Part shown: one piece after another, positions 61,894 to 64,000 of the stretch
Numbering within the stretch: position 1 is the first letter of the stretch
How the letters are laid out: every line of letters begins with the position of its first letter
Assembly (NCBI GenBank): GCA_047495785.1
Contig: JBLDXI010000024.1
Location: 1,674,001-1,738,000 of the forward strand
Reading direction: 5' to 3'
DNA length: 64,000 nt
Source of the DNA: Lepidodermella squamata
Taxonomy: Eukaryota > Animalia > Gastrotricha
Position numbers and translations under genes: made by a program
Notes under the pieces: generated by a model
Told to the model about the DNA's origin: nothing
Seen by the model: only the letters and a program-made list of their open reading frames with translations
The model's database searches: none

Positions 61894-64000
61894 GTTAGCG
61901 GGAATATTAGCGCAATTGAATGAGAGGTGATGACAGGTTGCTGTTGACCAGAAAAAATCATTCAATTGCAGCTTCAATCAAAACAAAGCTCGGAAGTGAA
62001 TGGCAGGCAAATTTGTCTTCAAAATTTAAGCATTAAAAACATTAACCGGCTGTCTTCACATGACATTAATTCTAATAATAAAGAACATAGGGTGGAAAAA
62101 CAGGAAAATTAGTGACGAAACTGAACAAGTGGAAAAAGGAAGGGGCGGTGTAAATAACAGAATAGGAAGTATATAAGAAAAATGCAGCATTTTCCTTACA
62201 GTTGAAGATGCGTATTCATGCGTATAAAAATCGGCTGTGCTAACGGAAAAAGGGGCGAGCATGCGGTTTATATTGTAACTAATAAAACGTGCCTGTAGTA
62301 ACAACATGCAGCGATCTTCGTTGTTATTTGGATGTGCGAACGGATGCAAATAAAAAAATTACAACCAGCGCCCTATTAGTATTATTATTATCAAGCATTA
62401 CGGGAACTCGCTGCCTTTTTCATGTTAGGTTTTTTCGCATTTTTTATTACCGCTATACACACTCAAAGAACACCCTACACAAAACAACAATCATCAGGGG
62501 GTTTATATCGCTAGCATTATTTGGACAGGCGTTGCTAGCTCGGCACGTGGCTCGTGCACCCTGTAATAATAATATTAATTTGGTGTTCATTAGCCACATC
62601 TACGTGAATACACCCTGAATAGGAGGCGAACACGGGGCATTTCACGGGCCTAAGAGAGCCCGCGCGCGCTCGCGTCAGCTGTTGCCGTGCTCAGCGGCTG
62701 CGACTCGAGCCGAAAAGACACGCTGATCGTAATAATTCCGAAATAGTAGTAATACTACACCATAAAAATGCGGACAAGCTGTGCTGGCATTTTTTGATAT
62801 TATACGTACATCACACCCACACCAGAAAATAAAAACAGCGCATTTCGTCGACACTCTCGGGCAGCTGCGATGATTAGGATCGCACAAAATATGTTCGAAA
62901 TAATAATTATAACAGAATCACCAGCCAAAAAAATGCGGCTCACCTTATTTTGTAGGAAACTACGCTTTCCAGTCACGCGCTAATTAAGCAATTTTTTACA
63001 CCCAGAATCGCTTCCTTTTCTCCCTAGATTTTCTTGTTAGTAGTGTTAATAAAGTAGTTCACCACACAAACGATGTAAAACAAATTGAATTTCAGTTATC
63101 CGTTTTTTATATCATTTTTACTCTTCAAAACAAGAGTCGTCATCATTATCATCGCAACCGAATTTCCGAACATCGAATGACAACGATGTTAATTTTGTTT
63201 ACAACACTATTATCAAGATATTCGGGGTTAGTTGTGTACACATTCAAGTAGAAAAAAACCGTTAACAACCAGCTTTCACATTATTTTTAACAATAAGCGT
63301 TTGCAACACACATGAACGATGAAAAACGCGACACAAAAAAACGAGAACTGACCAGCCATGGAAATTTTGTACATATTTACACATTCATAATCAGCTATTA
63401 TTTACAAGTTTCGTTCCTTTCGCTGTTTCGTCGAAAGAGTGATATAATAACTAGCTGATCTTCAGTCGAAAACGAGGAGGTATTCTTCGGGTCAATATTT
63501 CCACGCATTTAATTTAATATTAACTTTTCTTTCGGTTGATAGTAAAAATATATTTAATATTAGTCTGCCGATGTCTCTTTTAAGAGCCACTACCACTACT
63601 CTCGACTGATGAGTGACGTCAAGAGTTCCGAAATGTTTCGAAAAAAAAACGATTTCATATGCACGTCTAATTTTTAGGGAGAGAAAATCGAAATATAATT
63701 GCCATGATTAAGTAAACTCACGAGCGATCGATACATGCTCCTGTAAAGCTGCATTCATTTTTTCAAGATAGTTTTTTTGATGAAAACCAATGATGTCAGT
63801 ATTGGCGAGTATACATGAACAGTGAAACATTAAAGGAAACATAACTAGCTTTGCTTGTAAATATATATATAACTTTCAACGCAATAAGTAATACAAAAGT
63901 ACCCGAAGAAACAGAAGAAAGAGATTTGTTAGTGTTAGTTTAAACATATCTACCGATAGTTTTGAAGCTTTCCAATTCTGTAGAAAACATTGTCTGATTT

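Noticed and set aside
62056-64000. Short ORFs at the window end
   Set aside because: Low-complexity AT-rich sequence, most likely the 5' regulatory or UTR region of the receptor gene.

Overview
Eukaryotic (metazoan, probably nematode-like invertebrate) genomic DNA with short GT..AG introns and TTTCAG-type acceptors; no prokaryotic features. The left third (about 0.8-18 kb) holds a tight grouping of catecholamine-pathway genes: a tyrosine hydroxylase, a DOPA/aromatic amino acid decarboxylase (clearly pseudogenised in this copy), an insect-type arylalkylamine N-acetyltransferase, a GLUT/SLC2 transporter with altered sugar-binding residues and a peroxidase-less DUOX-like gene. It reads as a candidate animal gene cluster for N-acetyldopamine. 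Around it is an expanded family of 7 secreted, mostly GPI-anchored Cyclase-family (kynurenine formamidase/isatin hydrolase-like) genes carrying 9 modules; each module looks like a fused degenerate-plus-intact cyclase pair, and active and inactive copies are mixed. The window also has three catalytically dead trypsin homologues (two with a CUB-like domain), an alpha-kinase, a TGF-beta/activin type I receptor, an intronic tRNA-Pro(UGG), an internally deleted PIF/Harbinger transposon, several MITE/foldback elements and an inverted segmental duplication. Exon boundaries were read by eye and may be off by a few bases; all family assignments come from recalled motifs, not database searches.
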